NCBI GenBank assembly: GCA_003331545.1
Contig: QOPC01000001.1
Location: forward strand, 297-64,296
DNA from: SAR86 cluster bacterium
GTDB lineage: Bacteria; Pseudomonadota; Gammaproteobacteria; Magnimaribacterales; D2472
DNA length: 64,000 bases
Direction of reading: 5' to 3'
Part shown: positions 56,167-64,000 of the stretch, piece by piece
Position numbering within the stretch: position 1 is the first letter of the stretch
How the letters are laid out: each line of letters opens with the position of its first letter
The notes under the pieces: generated by a model
What the model saw: only the letters and a program-made list of their open reading frames with translations
Database searches by the model: none
What the model was told of the DNA's origin: nothing
Program-made: the position numbers and the translations under genes

Positions 56167-57399
56167 ATGAAGCAACTACACAGAAGAGTTGTAGTTACTG
56201 GCTTGGGTATCCTATCACCGATAGGTAATAATTTAAGAGACGCATGGCATTCATGTATTGAGGGTAATTCAGGTATTACTAGGGTTGATATTGGTCTTCC
56301 TAATAATCCTGTCACAGTTGGCGGTCGTTTAAAAAATTTTGATCCTGGAGAGTTTCTAGATCCAAAAGAAGTAAGAAGAATTGATCCATTTATTCAATAT
56401 GGCGTCATAGCGGCTAATCAATCAATTGAACATTCTGGTATCCTTGATTCCAATATAGATTTAACTAGAGTCGGAGTAAATTTCGGCGCTGGAATTGGTG
56501 GAATTGAAACCATTGAAAAAAATAAAACCTTATTAGAAGAAAAAGGGTTTAAAAAAGTCTCTCCATTCTTTGTGCCAGGATCAATTGTTAATATGATATC
56601 TGGACTTGTTTCAATGAAACATGGTTTTATGGGTCCAAATACTTCAGTTGTGACTGCTTGTTCAACTGGCAATCATTGTATTGGAACAGCTGCCAGATCT
56701 ATTGCGTGTGGTGAAGCAGATATCATGATTGCAGGGGGAGCTGAAATGGCTTCAACTCCTTTATCAATAGCTGGATTCATTTCTTCACGAGCACTATCAC
56801 TTAATCCAGATCCTAAAACTGCAAGTAGACCATGGGATCTCGAAAGAGATGGCTTTGTTCTTGCTGATGGCGCTGGATCATTAGTTATTGAAGAGTATGA
56901 ACATGCAAAAAAAAGGGGAGCAGATATTTTTGCTGAAATCATTGGTTTTGGAACAAGCTCAGATGCATATCATATGACCGCACCGCCTGAGGATGGAAAG
57001 GGTGCAGCATTATCAATGTTAAATGCTATAAGTGATGCTGAGATTAATTTATCCGAAATTAATTATATTAATGCACATGGAACATCAACACCTTTGGGTG
57101 ATGCCGCTGAAACCGTTGCCTTAAAGAGTGTATTTGGTAAAAATGTTCCCCAAATCAGTTCTACCAAATCAATGACGGGTCATACACTTGGAGCAGCTGG
57201 TGCAATTGAATCAATTTTTTGCATAAAATCAATCAATGAAGGAATTATCCCTCCTACTATTAACTTAATAAATACAGATCCGAGTTGCGATTTAAATTAC
57301 ACACCATTGATTGCTGAAGAAAAAGAGGTAACTATCGCAATGAATAATTCTTTTGGATTTGGAGGAACTAACTCAACACTTGTCTTCCAAAAAATCTAA
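56167..57399 (+). CDS. fabF: 3-oxoacyl-ACP synthase II
   Basis: Active-site Cys ACSTGNHCIG, HGTSTPLGD, GHTLGAAG, NSFGFGGTN. Confidence 0.93.
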   Translation: MKQLHRRVVVTGLGILSPIGNNLRDAWHSCIEGNSGITRVDIGLPNNPVTVGGRLKNFDPGEFLDPKEVRRIDPFIQYGVIAANQSIEHSGILDSNIDLTRVGVNFGAGIGGIETIEKNKTLLEEKGFKKVSPFFVPGSIVNMISGLVSMKHGFMGPNTSVVTACSTGNHCIGTAARSIACGEADIMIAGGAEMASTPLSIAGFISSRALSLNPDPKTASRPWDLERDGFVLADGAGSLVIEEYEHAKKRGADIFAEIIGFGTSSDAYHMTAPPEDGKGAALSMLNAISDAEINLSEINYINAHGTSTPLGDAAETVALKSVFGKNVPQISSTKSMTGHTLGAAGAIESIFCIKSINEGIIPPTINLINTDPSCDLNYTPLIAEEKEVTIAMNNSFGFGGTNSTLVFQKI

Positions 57400-58345
57400 A
57401 TTTTTAATATTTTCACTAGGATTATTTGTCTTCGGAATAGCACTGCTTGGATCTTCTGAATCATTTACTCACTCTAAAGTAAGTAATAACCTTAGCAACT
57501 ACACAGTAACATCAGGTAAATCCTTCAATTCGATTTTAAATGAGTTTTCACTAAATCCAATTCAAATAGCTCTATTAAAAATATTCTTAAAAAGAAATAG
57601 TTTAAGCATAGCTCAAGCGGGTCATTATGATCTGACAAATAAATCCTGGAGAGATTTCTTATTATCAATCGCTAATGGAGATGTCGTTATATTTAAATTA
57701 AATATTCCAGCAGGAAAAAACTTATACGAAATTAAAAAAATTATTTCAGATTCTAGGCTCAATAACGATTGTGATGATTTTGAATGTTTAGATGATAGAT
57801 TTAAATTTCTAGAAGGTACCTTGAAACCAGATACATACTTTTATAAGGATCTATCATCAGCAGCAAATATTTTAAAAAAATCGCAAGATGAATTCTTCAA
57901 ACTAGCATCTACTCTATGGTCTAACAAAAATACAGTGTTGCCCTTAAAAAATTTAAGCGAAGCTATTATTCTTGCTTCAATAGTCGAAAAAGAAGCAGGA
58001 AATGATTCAGAGAAGCCAATTATTGCCGGAGTTTTTTTGCATAGAATTTCTATTGGCATGAGATTGCAAGCTGACCCAACAATTATTTATGGTTTATTGC
58101 CTGACTTTAATGGCAATATTACAAAGGCAAATCTGAAAGATAAGAATAATCCTTACAATACATATCAAATTTCTGGATTACCACCATCACCTATTTCAAC
58201 AATTAGTAAATCATCTTTGGAAGCAGTAATATTGGGTATGAGAAATGATTATCTTTATTTTGTAGCTAAGGGGGATGGAACTCACAAGTTTTCAAAAACG
58301 TATAATGAGCATCTTGAGGCTGTAAAAAAATATCAATTAAAGTAA
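57380..58345 (+). CDS. mltG: endolytic murein transglycosylase MltG (YceG)
   Basis: N-terminal TM helix (FLIFSLGLFVFGIALLG) and YceG motifs (ASIVEKEA, LQADPTIIYG, NPYNTYQISGLPPSPI). Only TTG starts are available (57380 or 57353), both inside the fabF 3' end. Confidence 0.85.
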   Translation: MSSKKSKFLIFSLGLFVFGIALLGSSESFTHSKVSNNLSNYTVTSGKSFNSILNEFSLNPIQIALLKIFLKRNSLSIAQAGHYDLTNKSWRDFLLSIANGDVVIFKLNIPAGKNLYEIKKIISDSRLNNDCDDFECLDDRFKFLEGTLKPDTYFYKDLSSAANILKKSQDEFFKLASTLWSNKNTVLPLKNLSEAIILASIVEKEAGNDSEKPIIAGVFLHRISIGMRLQADPTIIYGLLPDFNGNITKANLKDKNNPYNTYQISGLPPSPISTISKSSLEAVILGMRNDYLYFVAKGDGTHKFSKTYNEHLEAVKKYQLK

Positions 58346-58348
58346 CTT

Positions 58349-58942
58349 ATGAAATTAATAACTTTTGAGGGAATAGAAGGTGTTGGTAAATCTACTCAAA
58401 TTAATCTTATTATGGACTGGCTTTCAGAAAAAGGTTTTTCTGTAAAACTTCTCAGAGAGCCAGGCTCTACTGATTTCGGAGAAAAAATTAGAGAAATACT
58501 ATTATCTAAAGAATCAAATATATCTGCACATACAGAATTACTTCTTATGTTTGCAGCAAGATCAGAGATGGTTAGTTCATATATGTTTGATTCTAAGCAT
58601 GACTTTATTCTTTGTGATAGATATTTTCATGCCTCAATTGCATACCAAGGCTATGGCAGGAAGCTGTCACTAAATTTTATAAATCATTTAATTGATGGAA
58701 TAGATTGTCCCATTCCAGATTTAACAATTATCTATGATTTGGATGTAACTGCTGGATTTAAAAGAAAGAAGGATGATGTAATTGATCGAATTGAGTCTTC
58801 AGGAATTGAATTCTTTGAGGATGTAAGAAAAGGGTATCAACAATTAGCAATAGAGAGAAAAGAAGTTGAGCTAATAGATGCTTCACAAGAAATCGAATTG
58901 ATTGGAGAGCAAACAAAAAATCTTGTTGCGCGGTTGCTATAA
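58349..58942 (+). CDS. tmk: thymidylate kinase
   Basis: P-loop FEGIEGVGKSTQ, DRY motif (CDRYFHAS). Confidence 0.92.
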   Translation: MKLITFEGIEGVGKSTQINLIMDWLSEKGFSVKLLREPGSTDFGEKIREILLSKESNISAHTELLLMFAARSEMVSSYMFDSKHDFILCDRYFHASIAYQGYGRKLSLNFINHLIDGIDCPIPDLTIIYDLDVTAGFKRKKDDVIDRIESSGIEFFEDVRKGYQQLAIERKEVELIDASQEIELIGEQTKNLVARLL

Positions 58943-58943
58943 A

Positions 58944-59936
58944 ATGATCTTAGAACGTTTTCCTTGGCTATCTAATTCAATTGATTCATACAAAGATATA
59001 ACCTTCCCAGCCGCTATAATCATTGAAGGTGAGAGAGGCTTGGCCAAGTCAAAACTTGGTAAATATTTTGCTCAAAAATTAATATGTTCAAACAATCAAT
59101 CTCCTTGCAGCAATTGTAATTCTTGTAATTATTTCTTGGCAAATTCTCATCCAGATTTTTGTTTTCTTTCAGCCGAATCATGCTCCAGCGTTTTGCATTC
59201 TTATACAAAGGCAAAAAAGGATTCATTGGTGTCTAATAAAATTGAAGGTATAAGAGCTCTTAATGAATTTATGGCTTTAACAAATTCTGTCTCTGATAGA
59301 AGGGTAGCCATAATATATGATGCTCACCTAATGAATATTAGTGCTCAAAACGCTCTTCTTAAGACATTAGAGGAATTGCCTGAAAATAAGCATATTTTTA
59401 TAATTTCTAATAAGCGTAAATATTTTTTACCAACAATATATTCTCGCTCACACTCAATTTCAATTAAAAATCCGGATGATGATGATTTAAATAAATGGAT
59501 TTTGGATCAGGGTTACATTGATTTCTCAACTCTAAATTTTGCACCAGACACAACTCCGTTAGAAATTGAGAGATTAATTGAGAGCAATATGGCCGGTCAA
59601 TATCTTGAAATTTCTCAAAATCTTAACTCCTTTTGTTTAGGTGAAATCACAACGCCTGATTTGATTAAGTTTTATAAAGAGATCAATATTACATTTGATG
59701 AAAAAATTAATTCCATAGTTCTTTTTCTTAAGACATATATGGGAATAAATAAAAATTTTTATAAATCACATCCCTCAATTACCTTAAATAATAAAGTGCA
59801 TTTAGATACTAGGCTTGTGTCTGATTTAATTGAGGAATTAATTGAATATAAATTTCAACTAAGTAAAGTCCCATCGCTGAATGAACAAATAGGACTAAAT
59901 AATTTTTTTTATAAAATCAAGAATCTATTTATATAG
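58944..59936 (+). CDS. holB: DNA polymerase III delta' subunit
   Basis: FPWL...AIIIEGERGLAKS and the zinc module CSNCNSCNYFLANSHPDF. The ATG at 58944, directly after the tmk stop, is preferred over the track start at 58902. Confidence 0.85.
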   Translation: MILERFPWLSNSIDSYKDITFPAAIIIEGERGLAKSKLGKYFAQKLICSNNQSPCSNCNSCNYFLANSHPDFCFLSAESCSSVLHSYTKAKKDSLVSNKIEGIRALNEFMALTNSVSDRRVAIIYDAHLMNISAQNALLKTLEELPENKHIFIISNKRKYFLPTIYSRSHSISIKNPDDDDLNKWILDQGYIDFSTLNFAPDTTPLEIERLIESNMAGQYLEISQNLNSFCLGEITTPDLIKFYKEINITFDEKINSIVLFLKTYMGINKNFYKSHPSITLNNKVHLDTRLVSDLIEELIEYKFQLSKVPSLNEQIGLNNFFYKIKNLFI

Positions 59937-60693
59937 TTGCGCCGCCGTCTACAACAATGGTTTGACCATTTATATATTTCCCTGCATCAGAAGCAAGCAT
60001 TATTGCTGTACCTGCAACTTCATCGGGCTCACCAATTCGTCTCATTGGATGTGTGCTGGTGTAATGATCATGAAGTGTAGGATTTTCCCATAATCCTTTT
60101 GCGAAATCAGTGCGGATGAGTCCTGGGGCTATGCTGTTAGCCCTAATATTGTGATGTCCATATTCAACAGCTATATTTTTAACCATCTGAATATCTGCTG
60201 CTTTGCTTATATTGTAAGTACCGAGTAGATTACTGCCCCTGATTCCTCCAATACTTGAAATAACTATTATTACGCCATCCTTTCGTTCAATCATCTGCGG
60301 GGTAACTAAATTTGTTAAAATATGATTTGCTTTAATATTGTTATTTAAAACTTTATCAAATGCATCAGACGGAATATCAGCCATTGATCCCATGAATGGG
60401 TTGGTTGCAGCATTGCAAATTAATACGTCAATCTTTCCAAGTAATTTGTTTGTTTCGTTAACTAAATTTTCAAGTTCTGCCTGATGAGCAATATTCCCTT
60501 CAATTGGAAATGCAACCTCAGATCCAATATGATCGTTTATTTCATTAGCCGTGTTTATGCAAGCATCTAATTTTCTGCTAGATATAATAACTTTGGCTCC
60601 ATGAGCTGCAGCATGAAATGCAATTGATTTGCCAATTCCTTTGGATGAACCAGTTATTAAAAATGATTTATTTTTTAAATTAAATAATGACAT
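59929..60693 (-). CDS. short-chain dehydrogenase/reductase (SDR)
   Basis: TGSSKGIG, CNAA, catalytic YNISK. Confidence 0.88.
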   Translation of the reverse strand: MSLFNLKNKSFLITGSSKGIGKSIAFHAAAHGAKVIISSRKLDACINTANEINDHIGSEVAFPIEGNIAHQAELENLVNETNKLLGKIDVLICNAATNPFMGSMADIPSDAFDKVLNNNIKANHILTNLVTPQMIERKDGVIIVISSIGGIRGSNLLGTYNISKAADIQMVKNIAVEYGHHNIRANSIAPGLIRTDFAKGLWENPTLHDHYTSTHPMRRIGEPDEVAGTAIMLASDAGKYINGQTIVVDGGATI

Positions 60694-60711
60694 TTAGCTT
60701 ATAATCCCAAG

Positions 60712-60942
60712 ATGTTTAAAAACGTAGAAATATATTCTAAATCAAATTGTAGCTTTTGTGATAAAGCAAAGTATTACTTCGATCAAAACGATATTACCTA
60801 CCAAGAACACAACGTTGAAATTCCTGAGACTTTTAAAATTCTTATGGAGCGAAATCCAAATGCCAGAACAATGCCCCAAATCTTTATAGACGATAAGCTA
60901 ATTGGTGGCTACACAGACTTAATGGAATTTGTAAACGAGTAA
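60712..60942 (+). CDS. glutaredoxin (dithiol, CSFC)
   Basis: 76 aa. Active site CSFC, TMPQIFIDDKLIGGYTDL. Confidence 0.85.
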   Translation: MFKNVEIYSKSNCSFCDKAKYYFDQNDITYQEHNVEIPETFKILMERNPNARTMPQIFIDDKLIGGYTDLMEFVNE

Positions 60943-60947
60943 TTTTT

Positions 60948-62618
60948 ATGGACGCCTTTAATAATTTTCTTATACTTTTAGATGGCAATTTAAGTGGCTC
61001 CTGGTGGTTTCCAGCTCTATTAATAGGTACAGGTATATTTTTTACGTTTTATCTTGGTTTCCCACAATTTAGATTTTTTGGAAATGGATGGAGGATAGTC
61101 TCCGGCAAGTACGACAAAAGTGAGTCAAAAGGAGAAACTACACCTTTCGAAGCACTTACAACTGCAATGTCTGGTGCAGTAGGAACCGGAAATATTGGTG
61201 GTGTTGCATTGGCAATTTGGACTGGCGGTCCAGCAGCTATATTTTGGATGTGGATCACAGCAATTTTTGGAATGACAACAAAATTTGTTGAGGTAACGCT
61301 GGCACATAAATACAGAACAACTTTGTCAGACGGATCAATATCTGGCGGGCCAATGTACTACATTGAGCAGGGCCTCAATATGAAATGGGTTGCCATATTA
61401 TTTTCACTGCTCATGATGATTACTGCTATAGGTTCAGGCAACATGCCTCAAATTAATAACATTGCATTGGTTATGAATACAGAATTTGCTGTGCCAAAAT
61501 TATTCACTGGATTATTCTTGGGAGCACTTTTGTGGATAATTATCATTGGTGGCATTCAAAGAATTGCATCTGTTGCCAGCAAAATAATACCAATTATGGG
61601 GATAATATATTTTGGTGGTGCTTTAATAGTTCTTGCTGAAAATTATCAAAATATTATTCCTTCATTTAATGCAATATTTGCTCAAGTTTTCACTGGCTCT
61701 GCTGCAGTAGGAGGATTCCTGGGTGCTAGTTTTGCGATGAGTTTAAAATATGGTGTTGCAAGAGGCTTGTATTCAAACGAGGCCGGTCAGGGGTCTTCTC
61801 CAATCGCTCACGCATCTTCCAAAACAGAGAAATCTGTTGAGCAAGGAATGGTTTCAATACTTGAGCCTTTTATAGATACCATTGTTGTCTGTAGTATTAC
61901 TGCACTGGTTATCCTATCAAGCGGTGTTTGGACACAGAAATTTGATACAACATTCTCTAAGACAGATATGGTCATACTTGAGGGGGTCTATAGTGATGAA
62001 AAAAATGTTGATGGGAGCTATGTTTATCCTGATCATATTAACGAATTAACTAAGTACGTTCAGTCCATGGACTCTGATGTTAATGAATTTTCTGGCTCCT
62101 TAAGCGTTCAAGATGGAAAATTAATTTCTAATGAAATGACGGTCATTCATTCAAGATCAATTGCCGAAGACATTGTTATTTCATCAGCTGATGCAGAATT
62201 ATTTTCTGGAATCCTGAATGTCAAAAATGGCAAGATTAGTGAACAAGTCATTATTGAAGGCAAGTCTTTAGTTAGTTCTGCTGAATTAACAGCGAAAGCA
62301 TTTTCGCAAGGTATTCTTGGTGATTTTGGTGGTAAATTGGTTGCAGTCGCATTACTGTTATTTGCCTTTTCCACTGCAATAGCTTGGTGTTATTACGGTG
62401 ATAGATCGACAGCTTACATATTTGGCGAAAGAGGGGTGATTTGGTATCGGAACTTCTATGTATTATGTTTCATTGCAGCAGCCGTTATTGATACAACAGT
62501 TGTATGGAACATTGCTTATGTTGTTGTTGCCCTAGTTAGCATACCGAATCTTATTGCCTTGTTTGTTTTGCGCAAAGAAATGAGAGAACAAGTTCTTAAC
62601 TATGTAGACGAAAAGTAG
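60948..62618 (+). CDS. alanine/glycine:cation symporter (AGCS family) with ~110-aa hydrophilic insertion
   Basis: Family motifs TPFEALTTAMSGAVGTGNIGGVALAI, GLYSNEAGQGSSPIAHA, LFAFSTAIAWCYYG. 556 aa. Confidence 0.9.
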   Translation: MDAFNNFLILLDGNLSGSWWFPALLIGTGIFFTFYLGFPQFRFFGNGWRIVSGKYDKSESKGETTPFEALTTAMSGAVGTGNIGGVALAIWTGGPAAIFWMWITAIFGMTTKFVEVTLAHKYRTTLSDGSISGGPMYYIEQGLNMKWVAILFSLLMMITAIGSGNMPQINNIALVMNTEFAVPKLFTGLFLGALLWIIIIGGIQRIASVASKIIPIMGIIYFGGALIVLAENYQNIIPSFNAIFAQVFTGSAAVGGFLGASFAMSLKYGVARGLYSNEAGQGSSPIAHASSKTEKSVEQGMVSILEPFIDTIVVCSITALVILSSGVWTQKFDTTFSKTDMVILEGVYSDEKNVDGSYVYPDHINELTKYVQSMDSDVNEFSGSLSVQDGKLISNEMTVIHSRSIAEDIVISSADAELFSGILNVKNGKISEQVIIEGKSLVSSAELTAKAFSQGILGDFGGKLVAVALLLFAFSTAIAWCYYGDRSTAYIFGERGVIWYRNFYVLCFIAAAVIDTTVVWNIAYVVVALVSIPNLIALFVLRKEMREQVLNYVDEK

Positions 62619-62620
62619 CT

Positions 62621-63211
62621 CTACTTTGATCTCGCATTTAGTTCATCCAAAACATCAGAAAAGCTAAGATTTAATTTTCTTAGAGTTACCAGCAGGTGAT
62701 AAATCAAATCAGCTGTTTCATCTATTACTCGCCCGTCATTTGTAACAGCTGCAATAGAAACTTCACCAGCCTCTTCAGTAACTTTTTTGGCCATCTCTTT
62801 AATACCATCCTTAAATAACTGGTATGTGTAAGAGGATAAATCAGCCTCCTTAAATCTTAAATCGATCATTTCTTCTAATTTGCTAATTTCATTAAATGAG
62901 GAGGGAGAATCTTCAAAGCAAGAGTTTCGACCAAGATGACATGTAGGACCATTATTCTCAGCAAGAACAAGTAATGTGTCATTATCACAATCATGCATTA
63001 TTTTTTTAATTTTAAGATTATTGCCTGAGGTTTCACCTTTGGTCCATAATTTTTGTCTAGTTCTACTAAAAAATGTTGCCATTCCTGTTGATTGGCTTAT
63101 TTCAAGAGCTTCTTTGTTCATATATCCCAGCATTAAAACCTGCAGAGTTTGATGGTCCTGAATAATTGCTGGTATCAAACCATTAACCTTTTCCCAATCG
63201 AGTTTTATCAT
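62621..63211 (-). CDS. hisI: bifunctional phosphoribosyl-AMP cyclohydrolase / phosphoribosyl-ATP pyrophosphatase
   Basis: LIPAIIQD, FFSRTRQKLWTKGETSGN, DCDNDTLL, CHLGRNSCF, then the HisE helical part (EEAGEV...DLIYHLLV). Confidence 0.92.
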   Translation of the reverse strand: MIKLDWEKVNGLIPAIIQDHQTLQVLMLGYMNKEALEISQSTGMATFFSRTRQKLWTKGETSGNNLKIKKIMHDCDNDTLLVLAENNGPTCHLGRNSCFEDSPSSFNEISKLEEMIDLRFKEADLSSYTYQLFKDGIKEMAKKVTEEAGEVSIAAVTNDGRVIDETADLIYHLLVTLRKLNLSFSDVLDELNARSK

Positions 63212-63981
63212 AACGATGTCCTTATATTAATTTTATTTGATTGCAATGAAGTTTTGATGTCTTGAATTGAATACTCATTATTATGAAATATACTTGCAGC
63301 CAGAGCGCCATCCACATTCGTATTTGCAAATACATTTATAAAATGATCATCACTACCAGCCCCACCAGAGGCAATCATAGGCAAAGTACAGACTTTGCTT
63401 AATTCATTTAAAAGAGAAATGTCATATCCATTTTTCATGCCATCTTGATTCATGGAATTTATTACCACTTCGCCTGCACCAAGTTTTTGTACCTTTCTTA
63501 TCCAGTCTAAAGCTAAAATTTCCGTTGAATGCGCTGTTAATTCATTACCAGTTTTTGCAAAAAGAAAACTTTTTCCATCTATTGTTTTAATATCCATACC
63601 AATTACGACACATTGTGATCCGAATTCCAAACTCAATTCCCTAATTAAATTTGGGTTCTCTAAAGCAGGGGTATTGATTGATACCTTATCAGCTCCAAGA
63701 TTTAGTATTGATCTCGCATCATTTACTGATTTGATGCCGCCGGCAACACAAAACGGTATATTGATAACATCGGATATTTTTGAAACCCATTCTTTACTGA
63801 CAGTTGAGCCATCTGTGCTAGCAGTAATATCATAAAAAACAAGCTCATCGGCACCTTCTTCTGAGTACTTTTGTGCTAGATCTACTATAGATCCAACAAT
63901 TTTATGATTTTTAAACTGAATACCTTTGACTACATGATCATTTCTGACATCTAAACATGGAATTATTCTTTTAGTAATCAT
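63208..63981 (-). CDS. hisF: imidazole glycerol phosphate synthase cyclase subunit
   Basis: RIIPCLDV, GADELVFYDITAS, GGI, GADKVSINT, ASGGAG, AASIFH. ATGA overlap with hisIE. Confidence 0.95.
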   Translation of the reverse strand: MITKRIIPCLDVRNDHVVKGIQFKNHKIVGSIVDLAQKYSEEGADELVFYDITASTDGSTVSKEWVSKISDVINIPFCVAGGIKSVNDARSILNLGADKVSINTPALENPNLIRELSLEFGSQCVVIGMDIKTIDGKSFLFAKTGNELTAHSTEILALDWIRKVQKLGAGEVVINSMNQDGMKNGYDISLLNELSKVCTLPMIASGGAGSDDHFINVFANTNVDGALAASIFHNNEYSIQDIKTSLQSNKINIRTSL

Positions 63982-64000
63982 TACTTAAATCAGATAAAGA

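Noticed and set aside
58902-58943. 41-nt overlap of holB with tmk
   Set aside because: The ATG at 58944, directly after the tmk TAA, gives a normal delta' N-terminus (MILERFPWL). The upstream extension has no support.
361-63835. The remaining 60-127-aa track ORFs nested in or antisense to larger genes, for example 361-546, 1588-1863, 4737-4962, 10143-10466, 20174-20569, 25861-26151, 34470-35189, 37509-37787, 54077-54349, 56418-56942, 61049-61307 and 63452-63835
   Set aside because: Each lies fully within a confidently assigned CDS in another frame or strand and shows no recognisable motif. They are treated as non-coding.
63982-64000. Possible 3' end of hisA upstream of hisF on the minus strand
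   Set aside because: Only 19 nt are available, so neither the frame nor the identity can be established.

Overview
The window is an AT-rich (about one-third G+C by eye, not computed), very gene-dense bacterial chromosome segment. Its core-gene synteny is gammaproteobacterial: rne<>rluC, rpmF-fabD-fabG-acpP-fabF-mltG-tmk-holB, metG<>apbC, nhaB, dusA and hisF-hisIE. I infer a streamlined marine gammaproteobacterium. No rRNA, CRISPR array, transposase, integrase or recognisable defence system is visible. The left ~39 kb looks accessory or metabolic and contains six blocks. (1) A P450, M16 peptidase, M28 peptidase and EthA-like Baeyer-Villiger monooxygenase block ends at a tRNA-Arg(ACG). (2) A six-gene c-di-GMP/phosphorelay cluster holds a small TM protein, an EAL protein, an H-box-REC-GGDEF protein, a REC protein, a hybrid kinase and a secreted TonB_C-only protein. 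(3) A CBS-MFS-rubredoxin operon contains a rubredoxin missed by the ORF track. (4) A regulator-less oxidoreductase island holds a KshA-like Rieske oxygenase, an amidohydrolase, SDRs, a sulfotransferase, a DUF protein, an APH-type kinase and an ALDH. (5) A complete, compact coenzyme F420 operon (npdG-cofE-cofD-cofC-fbiC) is translationally coupled to a DUF1295 membrane protein and an exported M20D amidohydrolase. This is the most interesting candidate system. (6) An NMO<>KstD-like-SDR-NTF2-NTF2 module resembles steroid or alicyclic ring-processing enzymes. The right ~25 kb is housekeeping. Other observations are two conserved genes (metG, cofE) whose conserved N-termini lie upstream of any ATG/GTG/TTG, a near-consensus Fur box, structured rne leader hairpins, and twelve convergent gene junctions with a gap of 13 bp or less, or an overlap. 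All functional calls rest on motifs and remembered family signatures read from the translations. No database search was run.
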